Shown in pieces: positions 17,009 to 27,093 of a stretch of DNA of 64,000 nucleotides. This DNA comes from Patescibacteria group bacterium (GTDB lineage Bacteria; Patescibacteriota; Microgenomatia; UM-FILTER-40-11). The notes below the pieces were generated by a model, which did no database searches, was not told the origin of the DNA, and was given only the letters and a program-made list of their open reading frames with translations. Location of the stretch: positions 22,823-86,822 of the forward strand of contig DATKVM010000005.1 in assembly GCA_035530075.1 (NCBI GenBank). The letters run 5' to 3'. Made by a program: the position numbers and the translations under genes. Every line of letters begins with the position of its first letter. Position 1 is the stretch's first letter.

Positions 17009-18487
17009 TTAAACCCTTGCCGAACAATGCCTGGCAATATGTCTTCGGGCCTGTTGAGTCACCACAAATCTTAACCACTTTTCCGAAGGCCTCCCTCCTT
17101 CTTTATTTATTATTTTGACCAAATCACCGCTCCTAAGCTTATAATCTAAGGCCACCATTTTCCCATTGATGATTGCCGCCTGTGTCTCGTTACCTAAAGA
17201 AGAATGGATCGCATAAGCAAAATCAACCGGGGTGGCGCCCTGTGGTAAATCATAAACATCTCCCTTGGGCGAAAAAACAAAAATCCGGTGAGCCAAAGCA
17301 TCAAATTTCAAAGCTTCCATGAATTCCTGGGAACCCACTACTTCTTTCTGCCAAGAAACTAATTGTTTTACCCAAGCAAGTTTATTGCCGGGAACAAAAA
17401 ACCCCTCATCGCGCCTACTCTGGTTCACTTTAGACTTATTCTTCTCATTGGCATAAAACCAATGTGCAGCAATTCCATTTTCCGCCTCCTCATGCATTTC
17501 GAAAGTTCGGATCTGGATTTCCAAAATTCTTTCATCTAAGGAAAAAACCTTCGTATGAAGCGAACGGTAACCATTTGGTTTTGGCTGGGCAATAAAATCG
17601 GAAATGCCCTGATTAGGAACTGGTTTCCAGTGAGAGTGGATAATCCCCAAAGCCGCATAACAATCACGGACTGTTTCCACCAAAATTCTCATTGCTACTA
17701 AATCGTAAACTCGCGAAATATCCCTATTGATTTCTGGGCGCAAGAGCTTTTGCCAGAGACTATAAAGATGTTTTGGCCGGCTAGTTATCTTTGCCCGAAT
17801 GCCTTCTTTTGCCAACTCTTTGTAAATTACTCGAGTTGATTTCTTCAAAAATTCCTCTGCTTTCCGATAATGGGGCTTGGAATAATTAATCACCCACTGG
17901 TAATCCTGGGGGAAAACATAGGGAAAAGCCAAATCTTCCAACTGCCCTTTAATTTCTCCCATTCCCAACCTTTCCGCCAAAGGGCCATAGACTTCCAGGG
18001 TTTCTTTGGCATTTTTAAATTGTTTTTCCAACGGCAAATACTGCAAAGTCTGCATATTATGCAATCGATCGGCCAACTTGACCAAAATTACCCGTAAATC
18101 TTTGGCCATAGCCAAAAGCATTTTACGTAAATTCTCGACAAATTCCTCATCCGAAGAACCTCTCAGTTTAATTTGACTAATTTTGGTCACTCCCTCAACT
18201 AAACCGGCTATTTCCCGCCCGAATTCTCTTTCCAGTTCTGATAGGGAAACATTACTATCTTCTACTACATCATGCAAAAGACCAGCGGCAATCGAGACTG
18301 AACCTAAATGGTAATCAGCTAAAATATTGGCAACCGCTAAAGGGTGAATAATTACTGGCTCGCCGGAATATCTTTTTTGGCCAGCATGAGCAATCATTGC
18401 AAATTCGTAAGCTTTTCTGATAAGGCTAAAATCGGCGTCAGAGTTATGATTCTGAACCTTAACGATTAAACTGTCCAGATCATTCAT
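17009..18487 (-). CDS. rel: short RelA/SpoT-family (p)ppGpp synthetase/hydrolase (HD + synthetase + TGS domains)
   Basis: HD motif HPLAVANIL...LLHDVVED, synthetase region RILVETVRDCYAALGIIHSHWKP, C-terminal TGS-like segment. 492 aa, with no ACT domain. Confidence 0.8.
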   Translation of the reverse strand: MNDLDSLIVKVQNHNSDADFSLIRKAYEFAMIAHAGQKRYSGEPVIIHPLAVANILADYHLGSVSIAAGLLHDVVEDSNVSLSELEREFGREIAGLVEGVTKISQIKLRGSSDEEFVENLRKMLLAMAKDLRVILVKLADRLHNMQTLQYLPLEKQFKNAKETLEVYGPLAERLGMGEIKGQLEDLAFPYVFPQDYQWVINYSKPHYRKAEEFLKKSTRVIYKELAKEGIRAKITSRPKHLYSLWQKLLRPEINRDISRVYDLVAMRILVETVRDCYAALGIIHSHWKPVPNQGISDFIAQPKPNGYRSLHTKVFSLDERILEIQIRTFEMHEEAENGIAAHWFYANEKNKSKVNQSRRDEGFFVPGNKLAWVKQLVSWQKEVVGSQEFMEALKFDALAHRIFVFSPKGDVYDLPQGATPVDFAYAIHSSLGNETQAAIINGKMVALDYKLRSGDLVKIINKEGGRPSEKWLRFVVTQQARRHIARHCSARV

Positions 18488-18488
18488 C

Positions 18489-20207
18489 TTAGAACCCTTT
18501 CAAGACAGCTTTTCCTTCAAAACCATGATTGGGGACTTTGATGTCTTTGACCTTCAATTCTAATTTTTTCTCGCCCCGCCACTCATTAAGAGTTAAAGAA
18601 AAAGCTACCGCCACTTTTTCACCCCGGACTAATTGACCTGCTAAAGCCCCCTGATTAAAAGCAATCGCCGTCAAACTCCTCCCCCGGCCACCGCTTTCCT
18701 CGGGAACGGCTCTCACCGTCAAGCGCAAATGCTTGCCGAAATTCCCCACTAAACGGAAATCTTCAACTATGGCCGCACCGGCAAAAACCGGTTCAAAATT
18801 TCCCAAACCGAAAGGGGCCAATTTCCTAATATTTTCCCAAAGGTCCATTGAAATCGCCGAAAGCGGCAGCTCCAAGTCAATCTTTAAGGTTTTCTCCAAC
18901 ATCTCCGCCCCGATTTCTTTCTCCGCCAGCTCGAGTAATCTTTGTTTTAAAAGCTCAATTTTTGCTGTCTCCACCGTAAAGCCCGCTGCCATCGGATGGC
19001 CACCGGCATCAACCAAAAGCTCATTTTGCGTCCTAATCGCCTCAATAATATTAAAGCCGCTAATTGAGCGGGCCGACGCTTTTGAATAAACTTCGCCGAT
19101 AGAAAGAACCACTGCCGGCCGATAAAATTCTTCCACTAATTTTCCCGCCACTAAACCGATTATTCCCTGATTGTAGGATTCATGGCCAACAAAAATAATT
19201 TTAGACCTTGGGTCTTGGTCATTGGTCATTTTTACCGCCGCCCTCGCCGTTTCCTCGGTTAAAAGCTGCCTTTCCCGATTAGTTGTCCCTAATTTCAGGG
19301 CTAATTCTCGGGCTTTTTCCGAGCGGGGAGTGCACAAAAGCCGAAGCGATTCCAAAGCGTGTTCCATCCGCCCCATCGCGTTTAACCGGGGAGCAATGAT
19401 AAACCCGACTTCATAAGTCCCAATTTCCCCTCTTTTTAAACCAGCCTCTTCCATAATCGCCAAAAGCCCACATCGTTTAGTTCGATTTAAAGCTTCAAGG
19501 CCAAATTTAACCAGACTGCGATTAACCCCCAATAGGGGTTCTAGGTCGGCGATGGTCGCCAGGGCCACTAAATCTAAGTAGGCTTCCCCGTCGGCTATTT
19601 TTTCTGCCGTTAAAAGCTCTTTGGCAACAAACCAGGCAATCGCGGCGGCGCTAACTTTATCGGTGTGAACGACAGCCGGACCAGCCGGCCATTCTTCTCC
19701 CGGTTGATGATGGTCGCAAACAATAACATCAATTCCCAAGCTTTTAGCAAACTTTACTTTCTCCGCCGCGGTTATGCCCTGATCTACCGCGATTATTAAT
19801 CCCAGTTCTTTATTTTCCTTTTTTAATCTTTCGATAGATTCTTTATTTAAGCCATACCCTTCACTTACTCTTTCCGGAATATAAGGTAAAACTTTTTTGG
19901 TTAATCGGTAAAGGGTTTCCCACAAGATTGCCGTCGCGCAGATACCGTCAGCATCATAGTCGCCGTACACTACAATTGCTTCTTCTTTCTTAATTGCCTT
20001 CAAAATTCGAGAAACCGCTTTTTTAATTTCCTTCTCGTCTATCCCTAAATCCTTCGCCGTCATTTTGTTTGGCTGAACCGGGCTTAAAAATTCCTCAATT
20101 TCGCGCTCAGTTTTTAACCCCCGGTTTTCCAGCAAAGCTTTAATAACGGCGCCATTTTTATCTTTCGGAACCTGAACATTAGACTGATTTAAAATTGTCC
20201 ATTTCAT
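18489..20207 (-). CDS. recJ: single-stranded-DNA-specific exonuclease RecJ (DHH/DHHA1)
   Basis: DHH motifs VVYGDYDADGICATAIL and CDHHQPG, DHHA1 GGHPMAAG. Confidence 0.85.
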   Translation of the reverse strand: MKWTILNQSNVQVPKDKNGAVIKALLENRGLKTEREIEEFLSPVQPNKMTAKDLGIDEKEIKKAVSRILKAIKKEEAIVVYGDYDADGICATAILWETLYRLTKKVLPYIPERVSEGYGLNKESIERLKKENKELGLIIAVDQGITAAEKVKFAKSLGIDVIVCDHHQPGEEWPAGPAVVHTDKVSAAAIAWFVAKELLTAEKIADGEAYLDLVALATIADLEPLLGVNRSLVKFGLEALNRTKRCGLLAIMEEAGLKRGEIGTYEVGFIIAPRLNAMGRMEHALESLRLLCTPRSEKARELALKLGTTNRERQLLTEETARAAVKMTNDQDPRSKIIFVGHESYNQGIIGLVAGKLVEEFYRPAVVLSIGEVYSKASARSISGFNIIEAIRTQNELLVDAGGHPMAAGFTVETAKIELLKQRLLELAEKEIGAEMLEKTLKIDLELPLSAISMDLWENIRKLAPFGLGNFEPVFAGAAIVEDFRLVGNFGKHLRLTVRAVPEESGGRGRSLTAIAFNQGALAGQLVRGEKVAVAFSLTLNEWRGEKKLELKVKDIKVPNHGFEGKAVLKGF

Positions 20208-20246
20208 GCTTAATTTATATCATTACAAGTAGTATAATTCTAGCAT

Positions 20247-21617
20247 ATGAGACAAACTCTTCCCGAAGAATTAGCTAAAAAAGTTCCGGTTCCAGTATTC
20301 ACTATCTTCGAGAAATTTCGCCAAACAGGCTTTGAAATTTATCTCGTTGGCGGCGCCGTCCGCGATTTGCTTCTTAATCGGGAAATTCATGATGCCGATT
20401 TTACCACTAATGCCCGGCCGGAAGAAATCCAAAAAATCTTTCCCGAGAGTTTTTATGACAATATTTTCGGAACCGTCAGACTAATGGTTAAAACCGGGAA
20501 GGACGAGGAAAAATATGAAATCACCACTTACCGGACAGAGATGGGTTATACCGACAAAAGACGACCGGATCAGATTTTTTGGGGAAAAACGCTCGAAGAT
20601 GATTTAAAAAGAAGAGAGTTGACAATTAATGCCATGGTGATTGGCCCGACGAGGGAACAGCCGTTGGAATTAGTCGATCTTTTTGGTGGCCAGGAGGATT
20701 TGGGAAAGAAAATTATCCGGGCCGTTGGTAATCCCGACGAGCGATTCTCTGAAGATGCTTTGCGGATGATGCGGGCTATTCGCTTTGCCAGCCAGTTGGG
20801 CTTTGCTATTGAGCCCAAAACCTTCGCCGCCATTCAAAAAAACGCTAAACTCATCAAATTTATTTCCTGGGAAAGAATCCGCGATGAGCTTTTGGGGATA
20901 TTGGCCAGTGATTTTCCCAGCGACGGGATTACCCTGCTTTACAGCGCCTGTTTGCTGGAATATATTCTTCCCGAGCTAATTCCCGCTTACGGCGTGGCTC
21001 AAGCCAAACACCATATATATGATGTCTGGACTCACTCTTTAATGTCTTTAAAATCAACTCCCAGCCAAGACCCGCTAGTGCGTTTGGCGACTTTAATCCA
21101 TGATATTGGCAAGCCGGTGGTAGCGAAAGGCATTGGCGAAGCCCGCACTTTTCACAATCACGAAGTAGTCGGTGCCCATTTGGCGGAAAAAATCGCCAGA
21201 CGGCTTAAGTTTTCCAAAAAAGACGAAGAAAAACTGGTAACTTTAGTCCGCCGGCATCAGTTCACCGTTGACGAGCGGCAGACTGATGCCGCCATCCGCC
21301 GATTTATTAGAAACGTCGGCAAAGAAAATCTGGCTGATATTTTAGCCCTGAGAATTGGCGACCGACTGGGTGGAGGAGCGAAAGAAACTTCCTGGCGCTT
21401 GGAAAAATTCAAAAAAAGGCTTGAGGAAGTCCAAAAGCAACCTTTTACCGTTGCCGACATAAAAGTCAACGGCTTTGACGTGATGAAAATTTTAGGCCTT
21501 AAACCCGGTCCGGAAATAGGCAAAATTTTAAACCGGCTTTTTGAAGAAGTGGTGGAGAAAAAAACCCCCAATGAAAGAGAAGCCCTTTTAAAAAGACTCA
21601 AAGAAATTAAGCTCTAA
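20247..21617 (+). CDS. cca: CCA-adding tRNA nucleotidyltransferase (PcnB family) with HD domain
   Basis: Pol-beta NTase head YLVGGAVRDLLLNREIHDADFTT and HD motif IHDIGKP. Confidence 0.7.
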   Translation: MRQTLPEELAKKVPVPVFTIFEKFRQTGFEIYLVGGAVRDLLLNREIHDADFTTNARPEEIQKIFPESFYDNIFGTVRLMVKTGKDEEKYEITTYRTEMGYTDKRRPDQIFWGKTLEDDLKRRELTINAMVIGPTREQPLELVDLFGGQEDLGKKIIRAVGNPDERFSEDALRMMRAIRFASQLGFAIEPKTFAAIQKNAKLIKFISWERIRDELLGILASDFPSDGITLLYSACLLEYILPELIPAYGVAQAKHHIYDVWTHSLMSLKSTPSQDPLVRLATLIHDIGKPVVAKGIGEARTFHNHEVVGAHLAEKIARRLKFSKKDEEKLVTLVRRHQFTVDERQTDAAIRRFIRNVGKENLADILALRIGDRLGGGAKETSWRLEKFKKRLEEVQKQPFTVADIKVNGFDVMKILGLKPGPEIGKILNRLFEEVVEKKTPNEREALLKRLKEIKL

Positions 21618-22509
21618 CTAGTCGGCGGTTCACTTTGAGTGCTTTTAGGTCTTGCCAAACCACCAAAAGCGGCGCGGCGGTGAAGGTGGAAGAATAAGTG
21701 CCGGAAATGGTGCCAATAAGGAGAGCTAGAGTAAACCATTTAATGGTTGAACCGCCTAAAAGATAAAGGGCAATGAGCATAAAAATAATCGTCATTGAAT
21801 TATTAATGGACCGGGAAAGGGTTTCCGTGATTGCCTTATTCACCAAACTCTCAAAAGGAACTGCTGGGAATTTCTTTTGCGACTCCCGAATCCGATCGTA
21901 AACCACTACCGTATCATGAACGGAAAAAGAAAGCACGGTTAAAACGGCCGTCACAAAAAGGGTATCCGCTTCCACCCCGGCAAAATGCCCCAACAAGCTA
22001 AAAGTTCCTAAAAGCACCAGCGAATCATGAAACATCGCCAAAATAGCGGAGACACCAAACATTGGGTCTTTAAATTGCCGCCAAACATATAAAAGAATAA
22101 AACTCGCCGCCAAGACAATGGCCACTACCGTTTTACGAATAAGCTCCTTACCTAAAATTGGACCGACTGTCTCAAACCGAAGTTCTGCCGGCTTTTCTGC
22201 CGCTACCTCGGCTACTGCCGCAATTAGCGAGATCGCTTTCTCTCGCTCCATTGGTTTGGCTCGAAGAAGAAGGCGGTTTTCTCCCGAAAGTTGGACCGAA
22301 GAAATTTCTTCTTCTTGCTCACTCACCGCTTTAGTAATTTCCTTATACGTTCCCTCGTCAATTTTTTTCTGAAACTGCAGTTCCAAAATGGAACCGCCGG
22401 TAAAATCAATCGACGGCTTTAAACCCCAACGAAAAAGCGAGAATAATCCCGGCAAAATCACCAGCGCCGAGATAAAAAAGTAAAGCCATTTAAATTTCAT
22501 AAAATTCAT
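21607..22509 (-). CDS. secF: protein translocase subunit SecF
   Basis: Six-TM architecture and SecF-like conserved segments, immediately downstream of secD. Confidence 0.8.
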   Translation of the reverse strand: MNFMKFKWLYFFISALVILPGLFSLFRWGLKPSIDFTGGSILELQFQKKIDEGTYKEITKAVSEQEEEISSVQLSGENRLLLRAKPMEREKAISLIAAVAEVAAEKPAELRFETVGPILGKELIRKTVVAIVLAASFILLYVWRQFKDPMFGVSAILAMFHDSLVLLGTFSLLGHFAGVEADTLFVTAVLTVLSFSVHDTVVVYDRIRESQKKFPAVPFESLVNKAITETLSRSINNSMTIIFMLIALYLLGGSTIKWFTLALLIGTISGTYSSTFTAAPLLVVWQDLKALKVNRRLVRA

Positions 22510-22513
22510 ACTT

Positions 22514-23854
22514 TTACCCCTGGTACAAAATTCTCACTAAATTTCTAGTCACCACAATTCCCGTAAATAAAGAAACGGCAATTCCCAAGGCCAAAGTTAA
22601 AGCAAAGCCTCTAACCATTCCCGACGCGTTTAAGAAATTCCAATTAAAGGGATTAAACAAAATAAAAGCGGTGATTAAAGTACAGATATTCGCGTCGCGA
22701 ATTGAATCCCAGGCGCGGCCAAAACCCAGCTCCATCGCCATCGACAAAGCTTTCCCCGTCCTTATCTCTTCTTTCATTCGCTCAAAAATTAGAATGTTTG
22801 AATCGACCGCCATTCCCACTGAAAGTAAAAACCCGGCCACTCCCGGTAAAGTTAAAGTGACTCCGACCAGCTTATAAATTGCCACTGTTATTAAGGCGTA
22901 ACTTATCAGCGCCAAATCGGCCAAACCCCCCAGCTTGCCATAGTAAGCCCACATAAACGCCATTACCAAGGCCAAGCCGATAATTCCCGCCCGAATTGAC
23001 TTTTGGACTGATTCTTCTCCCAGCGTCGCCCCCACATTCCGCTGCTCGATTAGTCTAATCGGCACCGGCAGTGCCCCGGCATTCAATTGAACCGACAGCT
23101 TCTGCGCCTCCTGGCGAGTAAAGCCGCCTTTAATCACCGCCTGGCCGGTTGTAATCGGCTCTTCCACTTTAGGAGTCGAAATGGGCGTCTCGTCTAAAAA
23201 TATCGCGACTATCCGACCGGTATTTTTAGTCGTAATTTCTCCAAATTTTTTGGCTCCTTCGGCGTTAAATTCTAAACCAACGACGGGACTGCCGGTATTG
23301 GGGTCAAATTGCACTGAAGCTTTCTTTAAGTCTTTGCCCGTCAAATTGGTCTTGAGAAGGAACTCGCCACTTTTGGAAGCGGCTTCTTGATCGGGATTTT
23401 CTTCCCAAAATTCTAATTGGGCGGTTTTGCCAATTAAATCGATGGCCTGATTGGCATCCTTTACTCCCGGCAATTCCACCACTAGCCGATAATCCTTGTC
23501 TGTTCTGGCCGTTTGGACAGTGGCTTCGCTCACTCCAAAAAAATTGACCCTTTTCTCAATATTTCGCTGAGCGGCCAAAAGGGCCTCCTCGCGATTGGCC
23601 TCTTCTACCCCGTTCATATCAGCGGTGAAAACCAAATGAGTTCCCCCTTGCAAATCCAAGCCTTTTTTGATTTCTAGCGGCCGACGGAAATTAATCGGAC
23701 CAATTTTAAAATCTAGGTTTTCAAAAGAGAGCTTTTGGTCAATTTTCAATTGACCGAGGGAAAAACGCAAATGAAAATCCTTCGGTAAATCAATAAAAAA
23801 GGAAAAAAGAACCAAAAAAATTATTAGCCAGAGAATCGACTTTTTTTTCTGCAT
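22514..23854 (-). CDS. secD: protein translocase subunit SecD
   Basis: Periplasmic domain plus C-terminal six-TM bundle with SecD-like conserved segments. Confidence 0.8.
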   Translation of the reverse strand: MQKKKSILWLIIFLVLFSFFIDLPKDFHLRFSLGQLKIDQKLSFENLDFKIGPINFRRPLEIKKGLDLQGGTHLVFTADMNGVEEANREEALLAAQRNIEKRVNFFGVSEATVQTARTDKDYRLVVELPGVKDANQAIDLIGKTAQLEFWEENPDQEAASKSGEFLLKTNLTGKDLKKASVQFDPNTGSPVVGLEFNAEGAKKFGEITTKNTGRIVAIFLDETPISTPKVEEPITTGQAVIKGGFTRQEAQKLSVQLNAGALPVPIRLIEQRNVGATLGEESVQKSIRAGIIGLALVMAFMWAYYGKLGGLADLALISYALITVAIYKLVGVTLTLPGVAGFLLSVGMAVDSNILIFERMKEEIRTGKALSMAMELGFGRAWDSIRDANICTLITAFILFNPFNWNFLNASGMVRGFALTLALGIAVSLFTGIVVTRNLVRILYQG

Positions 23855-23870
23855 CTTCCGAACATTCTTT

Positions 23871-24086
23871 TCAGCTTTTAGGCCGCTTTGCTTTTCTTCT
23901 AGTTTTAAGAAAATTTTCCGAAAGCGGCAGCTGTTTCATCCCGGAAAAAAGGTAAGTAATTTCCCCTTTCTCTGTTTTAATCTCTAATTCTACCTCATCA
24001 CCCGGCCGGATGCCAACCAAATCGACAAATTCCCAAGGAATAGTCACCGCTAAGGAATTTCCCGTTTTAATTACTTTCTGGGCCAT
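23871..24086 (-). CDS. AbrB/MazE/SpoVT-type swapped-hairpin DNA-binding protein (antitoxin-like)
   Basis: VIKTGNSLAVTIPWEFVDLVGIRPGDEVE is typical of the family. No toxin gene is adjacent. Confidence 0.45.
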   Translation of the reverse strand: MAQKVIKTGNSLAVTIPWEFVDLVGIRPGDEVELEIKTEKGEITYLFSGMKQLPLSENFLKTRRKAKRPKS

Positions 24087-24106
24087 TTTTACCCAATCGT
24101 CGGCAA

Positions 24107-24682
24107 TTACCTCATTAGTTCCTCTTCATCGCCGATAATCATTACTTTGGTACTACTCAAAATCCCCAACAAAAACGGATCTCTCCTTTTTTTGCGAAAC
24201 TCAAATTCCTCGTTAGCCATCACTGTATAATTAATCTCCTGGTCTCTTTTCTCTTCTTCCGCTTTCACTAAAGCCGCCAGTTCCACCATGACCACCTCTC
24301 CCACAACTAAAATATCAACTTCTTCTTCTTTACGCGGCAATCGACGGACAAATTTTCCCGAAAAGACACAAAAGGTAATCTTCCCAATTCGGTTTCGATT
24401 TTTAATAATCTGTTCTCCCAAGCCGGTTTCCTTAGCCACCATGGCGAGGAGTTGGTCATAAAGAGAGTAGTTGGGATTAAGCCAATAATAGAGACGGTTA
24501 CCACGCGGCTCTTTCTTCAGGAGTCCCACTTCTTCCAAATGTTGGAGTTCTCGGCGAACAGCATTAATTTCCTCTCCGATTTTTCTCACTAAATCACGTA
24601 CGTGGTAAAGCCCCGCCGAGTTGGCAAAAAACAAATCCAGGAGCTTAACCCGAACTTTGGAAACAACAATGTCTTTCAACAT
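24107..24682 (-). CDS. hypothetical winged-helix-like regulator
   Basis: N-terminal HTH-like segment. Weak. Confidence 0.3.
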   Translation of the reverse strand: MLKDIVVSKVRVKLLDLFFANSAGLYHVRDLVRKIGEEINAVRRELQHLEEVGLLKKEPRGNRLYYWLNPNYSLYDQLLAMVAKETGLGEQIIKNRNRIGKITFCVFSGKFVRRLPRKEEEVDILVVGEVVMVELAALVKAEEEKRDQEINYTVMANEEFEFRKKRRDPFLLGILSSTKVMIIGDEEELMR

Positions 24683-24723
24683 CTCTTTCTGAAGGGCAGG
24701 AATTAGCTTATCTGAAACAAGTT

Positions 24724-25959
24724 TTAATAGTTAACCTTGCCGGTGGTAGGCAGAATTTCAATCCAAACCAAACCGCGATTGAACTTAATCTCCTTTCCCC
24801 GATCATCAAAAAACAGCGTTCTGTCTGTCCGCGATTTTTTCGACCACTTGCCTTCAATCACTTGTCCGTCCAGGAAAATTAAAGCTTTCCCGGTTCCGAT
24901 AGTCTCATAGAGCAAGTGTTTATGTTCGTCCACCGGCCCTTTTTCTTGAGCAAACTGAATTACCACATTTTTTGCCGCTAGTTGCTCTTTAGTATTAAAG
25001 TCAGTGTGCGGCTCTCCGCCATTATACCTTTTGTAGGCATTGCTCGCTTTGTCATATTCCCAACGAACTCGGTAAGCTTTATAATCGCGCCAGAAATCAA
25101 ACTCCGGTGAAACGGAACCGGCCGACGGGGAGTCGTCTTTAAATTGCCAAGAACGGAAATTTTTATCCCAGGAGACCCCTTTGTAATTAACGCTAGTTAA
25201 CTTTCTCTCCGCGGCGGTCGCCCAGAGCGCTTCGCTGCTGCAATACATTGAATGCTCGGTCGCCACCGGATGGCCAAGGCGGTCCGGTTCTCGTCGACAA
25301 ACGCGGAAACCCAAGGCAAACTGGTCCAAATCAGAGCGAGTTTCTTTGTTCTTCCATCCATAAGTGCCGATTTGGCAAAGCGCTTTGGCTTTGGGGTCAA
25401 CTGTCGGATCATTGCATTGGCCGGCGCCGCCGACATGAGTATATAAAGGATAGTCACCATATTCTGAAACCCAATCCAAAAAGTAAGTGCGGGCCGAGCG
25501 AACTGGACCCAAATCATAATCGCCTTGCAGAGCATAAGCCGCTTGACCGCAGTAAAAGACCGCCATTAAGCGGGTTATCGCCCCTTCCGCCACTGCCTCG
25601 TAAACAACATCCGCTCGACTTAAGCCGGATTGCGGCCGGGATTCTTCGTGGTTTTCAATCATTACCAGAAGCGGTCGCCTCCCTTCCCATAAATTCTTCT
25701 CCGTCTTCGTATATTTTGCCCCATTGAGAGGACAGGCTTGATCTTTCGGCCCGGTTAATACCGGAAAGCGAGAACCGGCTCCCGGAGTTGTGGTTGCCGT
25801 CGGCGTCGGACTCTCGAAAATTGAAGACCGGTTTTTTAGAAAACCAAAAGCGACTACCGAAACCCCGGCAGACAATAAATAAACCCCGACTAACAAAAGG
25901 ACCAAGTTTAGTTTTTTATTCATAAGGAAAGACCTTGCTATATTATAATAACTTTTCAC
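24724..25959 (-). CDS. DUF3048-family (YerB-like) secreted/membrane-anchored protein
   Basis: N-terminal TM anchor and LLVMIENHEESRPQSGLSRADVVYEAVAEGAITRLMAVF, which resembles the DUF3048 N-domain. Confidence 0.5.
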   Translation of the reverse strand: MKSYYNIARSFLMNKKLNLVLLLVGVYLLSAGVSVVAFGFLKNRSSIFESPTPTATTTPGAGSRFPVLTGPKDQACPLNGAKYTKTEKNLWEGRRPLLVMIENHEESRPQSGLSRADVVYEAVAEGAITRLMAVFYCGQAAYALQGDYDLGPVRSARTYFLDWVSEYGDYPLYTHVGGAGQCNDPTVDPKAKALCQIGTYGWKNKETRSDLDQFALGFRVCRREPDRLGHPVATEHSMYCSSEALWATAAERKLTSVNYKGVSWDKNFRSWQFKDDSPSAGSVSPEFDFWRDYKAYRVRWEYDKASNAYKRYNGGEPHTDFNTKEQLAAKNVVIQFAQEKGPVDEHKHLLYETIGTGKALIFLDGQVIEGKWSKKSRTDRTLFFDDRGKEIKFNRGLVWIEILPTTGKVNY

Positions 25960-26459
25960 TTCTTGCCTTTTTTCTGAGCCTCGACGACAGCTTGCACTTC
26001 CTCCTTAGAAAATTCGTATCCCGTTTCTTTTCCCTGAGTTACCGGTTTGGCAAAAACCCGAGTGGAATCGCGACTGTGTAAACTAGTGATAACAAAACCA
26101 TTATTGTAATTGTCTAAAAGCGCCAACACAAAGCTTTGATTGCCCCCCGTATCGGCAAAAGGATTATAGCGAACTAAACCAATTTTTTGAATATGGCTGT
26201 TGCCTTCAATCTTCAGCTCTTCCAGCTTCTTTTCCAACTCAGCGCTTAATCCCTCTCCTTTTTTGATCGCCGTTAAGACTTCGTCTAAAAGGACTTTTAA
26301 ATCCTTTTCGCTTACTCCTTTAGTTAAACGGGCAAAAGTTTTATAAACCCGAATCAAAAGAAAGGTAAGTGCTCCCAGCCAAGTAAAAACCAACAAAACC
26401 GTCACCAAAAATGTTGTTTCCGCAAAGTCCGGCATCTTTAGCAATTGTAAGAGCAACAA
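25956..26459 (-). CDS. DUF4446-family membrane protein
   Basis: N-terminal TM helix and SLHSRDSTRVFAKPV-type C-terminal segment. Confidence 0.5.
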   Translation of the reverse strand: MLLLQLLKMPDFAETTFLVTVLLVFTWLGALTFLLIRVYKTFARLTKGVSEKDLKVLLDEVLTAIKKGEGLSAELEKKLEELKIEGNSHIQKIGLVRYNPFADTGGNQSFVLALLDNYNNGFVITSLHSRDSTRVFAKPVTQGKETGYEFSKEEVQAVVEAQKKGKK

Positions 26460-26537
26460 ATATCAAAGTCAATCCTTCGACAAGTTCACCCTGAGCGTAG
26501 CCGAAGGGCTAGACAAATTTTTTTCTCTTGTGATATA

Positions 26538-26858
26538 TTGAACGCGATGGGAAAAAAAACGAAAAAAGAGAAAATTATCGCCGATTTAAGGAGAAAGGTC
26601 CAAGCGGTTCAATCCCAAGCTTCTCCGGCTCCGGCGAATAAAACCCCTCTTTTATCGGCCATAGATGAACCCAAAAAAGATAATTTTCCTCTCAAACCAA
26701 CATTTCAAACTCCATCTCTCTATATCTATCCCGTTCAACTAATTCGAAAAGACTTGACAAAAACTTTTCTCTTGTCCATACTGGCAATCAGCCTCGAGGT
26801 AGCTTTGTTTTTGCTTCTCGAGAAACACTTGGTTCTGCCCTTCAGAATCAGTTTTTAG
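26538..26858 (+). CDS. hypothetical small protein with C-terminal TM helix
   Basis: ORF only. Confidence 0.3.
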   Translation: MNAMGKKTKKEKIIADLRRKVQAVQSQASPAPANKTPLLSAIDEPKKDNFPLKPTFQTPSLYIYPVQLIRKDLTKTFLLSILAISLEVALFLLLEKHLVLPFRISF

Positions 26859-26879
26859 GAGGGAGGTGAAGGAGAGACT

Positions 26880-27023
26880 ATGACAACTATGTACTGCGTG
26901 AAGTGCCGCGGCAAAAAGGAAGTCGCCAATCCGGAAAAAGTAACCATGAAAAACGGTAAACCGGCGATGAAAGCTAAATGTCCTGATTGCGGCACTCAGA
27001 TGTTCAAAATTGGCGCTGCCTAA
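26880..27023 (+). CDS. 47 aa zinc-ribbon protein (DUF5679-like), below the ORF-track length cutoff
   Basis: MTTMYCVKCRGKKEVANPEKVTMKNGKPAMKAKCPDCGTQMFKIGAA has CxxC...CxxC. Strong RBS GGAGGTGAAGGAGAG upstream, terminator downstream. Confidence 0.55.
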   Translation: MTTMYCVKCRGKKEVANPEKVTMKNGKPAMKAKCPDCGTQMFKIGAA

Positions 27024-27044
27024 ATTGGGATTTTTGAGAAATCA

Positions 27045-27072
27045 AACCCCCCGTCAGGAAGCGGGGGGTTTT
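27045..27072. terminator. bidirectional rho-independent terminator (CCCCCCG-N8-CGGGGGG, T-run) between the zinc-ribbon gene and comM
   Basis: Read directly: aaaCCCCCCGtcaggaagCGGGGGGtttt. Confidence 0.6.
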
Positions 27073-27093
27073 GGGTCTTAAAGGAGCTTTTTC

